Position numbers and translations under genes: made by a program. This document shows positions 61,078 to 64,000 of a stretch of 64,000 bases of DNA, piece by piece; positions within the stretch are counted from its first letter, which is position 1; the number at the start of each line of letters is the position of its first letter. The stretch comes from Candidatus Bathyarchaeota archaeon (GTDB lineage Archaea; Thermoproteota; Bathyarchaeia; TCS64), in NCBI GenBank assembly GCA_963769425.1, contig CAVYLP010000006.1, forward strand, positions 96,001-160,000, written 5' to 3'. The notes under the pieces were generated by a model. It had not been told where the DNA came from, did not search any database, and was given only the letters and a program-made list of their open reading frames with translations.

Positions 61078-61293
61078 CTACTTCTTCTTCGTCTTCTCCG
61101 CCTTCTTGCGGAGGTACCATGTCTCGCCCTTGGGACTCGTGTCTATGACGAACTCCGGGTTGTAGGCGAGCATCTCCTTGACGAACTCGCGCATCTTTAT
61201 CTGGACGCCGTCGCTCCTTACGATGTCCTCGTCTAGGTTTATAACGACCTTTCTTCCCTTGTCGAGCTTCGATGGCATGAGGATCACCAACAA
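61078..61293 (-). CDS. Small hypothetical protein
   Basis: 71-aa ORF with coding-like codon usage; TATA-like TTAAA upstream. Confidence 0.6.
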   Translation of the reverse strand: MLVILMPSKLDKGRKVVINLDEDIVRSDGVQIKMREFVKEMLAYNPEFVIDTSPKGETWYLRKKAEKTKKK

Positions 61294-61367
61294 TATTGGT
61301 GGCCCTGTTTAAGTTTTTTATGAGTCTAGGGTCCATCGAAGTTCGAAAACGTAACAAAACTATTGGT

Positions 61368-62834
61368 CTAGATGGCGTCGTCGCCGAGTTCTTCTTTAGT
61401 TAGCGTCTCAGTCTCCTCGACCCGCTTCCCCCTGAGGAACGATGGGACGATTGCACACGCGTTTATGACCGCCATCCAGAGGTATGCGTGATTGATGCCC
61501 GCGGCGAAGAGTGAGATCTCCGACGCGTTTATGGCTATATTGGAGCTTATGACTCCGCTGACTATGCGGTACGGGACCGTGAAGGTCATCACCAGTATGG
61601 CGAGGTTGATGCTGATCACAGAGCCGGTTTGGAAGAAGACTGCTCTCACCGCGGAGGCTATACCCCTGCGATCCGAGGGGACGGATCCCATCAAGGAACT
61701 CATGTTCGGCGAGCTGAACAGCCCGACGCCCGCGCCGAATATTGCGAGGTATATGAGCATCAGATAGTAGGGCGTAGTCGCTGTCGTCGTCGAGAATAGA
61801 AAGAGGGAAGCGCTGCTGAGGGCTAAGCCCACGGTCGTGAAGGGGGTGTGGCCGTACTTGTCGGAGAACCTGCCGCTGAGGGGGCCGACGAGGAGGAAGG
61901 CTATGTCGATGGGGAGTATGCGCACGCCCGCGTCGAAGGGTGAGAGGCCCTGTACCAGCTGGAAGTAGAGGCTCAGGAGAAGAGCGACGGCGCCCCACGC
62001 GATGCTGTTGAGGAACTGCGCTGTGACGCCGCCCGTGAACTCCTTTATGGCGAGAATCTTCAGGTCGAGGAGGGGGTGCGTATGCCTCCGTTCCTGCCAG
62101 ATGAATGCTACGAAAAATATCACTGTGATTATGGTGAGTCCGTAGACGAGGTTCCTGTCGGTCATACCGTAGGCGTCGAAGGTGAGGGCGAGGAGGAGGC
62201 TGACGATGGCGGTTGTGAATGTGCCAAAGCCTATCCAGTCCATCGGCGCCTCCTTCTCGACGCGGGCGATCTCTTTGAGCCTCTTCTGGGCCCAGAATGT
62301 GCCGAAGATGCCGATTGGGACGTTGATGTAGAAGAGTGCCCTCCAGTCGAGGAAGGCGAGGATGATGCCGCTGAGGGTGAGGCCCCCCATCATGCCGAAG
62401 CGCAGGGCTATCTGGTTTATGCCGAGGGCGAGGCCGAGGCTCTTCTTCGGCGTCGCGTCCACGATCATGGCGGCGCTGTTCGTCATCAACATCGCCCCAC
62501 CGATGCCCTGGAGGCCCCTGAATAGGATGACCTGTGTGGGGCTCTGGGAGAGGCTGACGAGGAGGGAGCCGATGGTGAAGACGCCGAAACCCGCCGTGTA
62601 TATCTTGACTCGCCCCACTATGTCTGTGGCCCTGCCGATTAGCAGGAGACTTATAGTGCTGAACAGGACGTAAGCCTGCGTGAACCAGACGGCCTGCTCC
62701 GCGTCCGCGCCGAGGGCCGCTGCGACCTGCGGGAGGCCGATGATGACTATCCTCGTGTCGAGGCCGGACATGAGGACGCCAACAGTAGTGACCGTGAGGA
62801 CCGTCCACTTGTACTCCAATGGGCTACACCTCAC
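61368..62834 (-). CDS. DHA2-type MFS efflux transporter
   Basis: LDTRIV..GLP, GRATDIVGR, RGLQGIGG, WRALFYINVPIG. Confidence 0.92.
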   Translation of the reverse strand: MRCSPLEYKWTVLTVTTVGVLMSGLDTRIVIIGLPQVAAALGADAEQAVWFTQAYVLFSTISLLLIGRATDIVGRVKIYTAGFGVFTIGSLLVSLSQSPTQVILFRGLQGIGGAMLMTNSAAMIVDATPKKSLGLALGINQIALRFGMMGGLTLSGIILAFLDWRALFYINVPIGIFGTFWAQKRLKEIARVEKEAPMDWIGFGTFTTAIVSLLLALTFDAYGMTDRNLVYGLTIITVIFFVAFIWQERRHTHPLLDLKILAIKEFTGGVTAQFLNSIAWGAVALLLSLYFQLVQGLSPFDAGVRILPIDIAFLLVGPLSGRFSDKYGHTPFTTVGLALSSASLFLFSTTTATTPYYLMLIYLAIFGAGVGLFSSPNMSSLMGSVPSDRRGIASAVRAVFFQTGSVISINLAILVMTFTVPYRIVSGVISSNIAINASEISLFAAGINHAYLWMAVINACAIVPSFLRGKRVEETETLTKEELGDDAI

Positions 62835-63054
62835 TCACAGCTTCGCGCAGTCGCTGTGCAGAGTTGTTCGAGAAAGTAAGCATAGATGTAGAGGGGGCTA
62901 TTATCGTTATTTACAATTTTCTGTATTCTTCATTTTTAGGCTGGCTCAATGGGCCTGATTCAAGTCTTGGGGGCCGTATTTCGCTCTGTTCGTTAATCAG
63001 ATAGCGATATAATGAGTCGTGTGAAGTATAACCTAGACCTCGGGCTGATGACAT

Positions 63055-64000
63055 TTGTCTAGGAAAGGGCTCTCCCAGAAGAAGGACTTGGAAAAGGTGG
63101 GGCGGACAGAGTTTCCGGTCGTGGGCATCGGGGCCTCGGCCGGTGGCCTCGAGGCCATACAAGCGCTTCTTAAGGGTCTCCCCCAGGACACGGGGATGGC
63201 CTTCGTTATCGTGCCCCACCTCTCAGCCGAGCACAAAAGCGCACTCGCCGAGATTCTCTCCCGGAACACGGGCATGCCCGTTAACGAGGTCGCGGGGAAG
63301 ACGACCATCGAGCCAAACCGGATATACATCATCCCGCCCAACCACAACCTCTCGATTAAGAATGGCGCTCTGATCCTAGAGCAGGTGGATAAGGAGGCTA
63401 AGCTGCCGCGCCTCTCGATAGACCACTTCCTCACCTCCCTCGCCGAGCAGGAGAAGGACAGGGCGATTGGGGTCATACTCTCTGGCACGGGCTCGGACGG
63501 CACGAAGGGTGTGCAAGCCATAAAGGCGGAGGGAGGCATCACCTTCGCGCAGAGCGAGGAGACGGCGAAGTTCCCGGAGATGCCGAGGAACGCGGTGGTC
63601 TCGGGGAAAGTGGACTACATTCTCTCCCCCGGGGAGATCGCTGTGAATCTCGTCAAGATAAAGCCGAGGATTGAGTACCTCACCGGGACACACGATGAGT
63701 ACACTGACCCCTCGAAGGAGAACGCCTTCCAGAGAGTCATCGCAACCCTAAGGACCCAGAAGGGCATCGACCTCAGCCACTACAGGCGCTCTACTCTCAA
63801 CCGCAGAATAAACCGGCGGATGATACTCAGGAGCATAGACAAGATCGAGGACTACGCGTACCTCCTCAACGGGGACGCGAAGGAGGTGGAGGCCCTCTTC
63901 CAGGACGCCCTCATAAACGTTACAAACTTCTACAGGGACAAAGAGGCCTTCGAGGCTCTTAAGGCGAAGGTCTTCCCGAGCATCGTCAAGGACAAGGACA
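63055..64000 (+). CDS. CheB methylesterase-CheR methyltransferase fusion (runs off the window edge)
   Basis: Manual translation: VVGIGASAGG, VPHL, LSGTGSDG (CheB triad), then GIDLSHYRRSTLNRRINRRM...INVTNFYRD (CheR N-terminus). Confidence 0.9.
   Translation, partial: MSRKGLSQKKDLEKVGRTEFPVVGIGASAGGLEAIQALLKGLPQDTGMAFVIVPHLSAEHKSALAEILSRNTGMPVNEVAGKTTIEPNRIYIIPPNHNLSIKNGALILEQVDKEAKLPRLSIDHFLTSLAEQEKDRAIGVILSGTGSDGTKGVQAIKAEGGITFAQSEETAKFPEMPRNAVVSGKVDYILSPGEIAVNLVKIKPRIEYLTGTHDEYTDPSKENAFQRVIATLRTQKGIDLSHYRRSTLNRRINRRMILRSIDKIEDYAYLLNGDAKEVEALFQDALINVTNFYRDKEAFEALKAKVFPSIVKDKD

Noticed and set aside
61408-62808. Long Arg/Pro-rich alternative-frame ORFs (also 17007-18140, 25868-26761, 4186-5079)
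   Set aside because: Shadow ORFs of high-GC3 genes with no recognisable motifs.

Overview
The window is archaeal chromosomal DNA. Evidence: TATA/BRE-type promoters, archaeal-type phosphopantetheine adenylyltransferase, DUF371, DUF763, split transketolase and HdrBC. The gene content suggests a Bathyarchaeia-like anaerobic heterotroph (inference, no marker gene present). It holds about 60 mostly metabolic genes, including Amt, two Mo-bisPGD enzymes, a DUF1537 kinase/PdxA2/LarA-like four-carbon acid-sugar cluster, a core methionine synthase beside a corrinoid module, a PaoABC-like Mo hydroxylase, an HdrC-HdrB-FdhA operon and a CheB-CheR fusion. There is one tRNA-Ala(GGC). Many genes in the first ~14 kb, plus a few up to 35 kb, carry 1-bp indels that look like long-read consensus errors. 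The most striking non-coding feature is at 30183-30535, directly after a stand-alone ParB-like gene: eight ~20-bp helically phased repeats converging on an AT-rich core of 10-bp tandem repeats. This is an origin- or partition-site-like layout with a motif that is not a canonical ORB. A 14-bp duplication of the tRNA-Ala 3' end delimits a ~1.95-kb island with no integrase.
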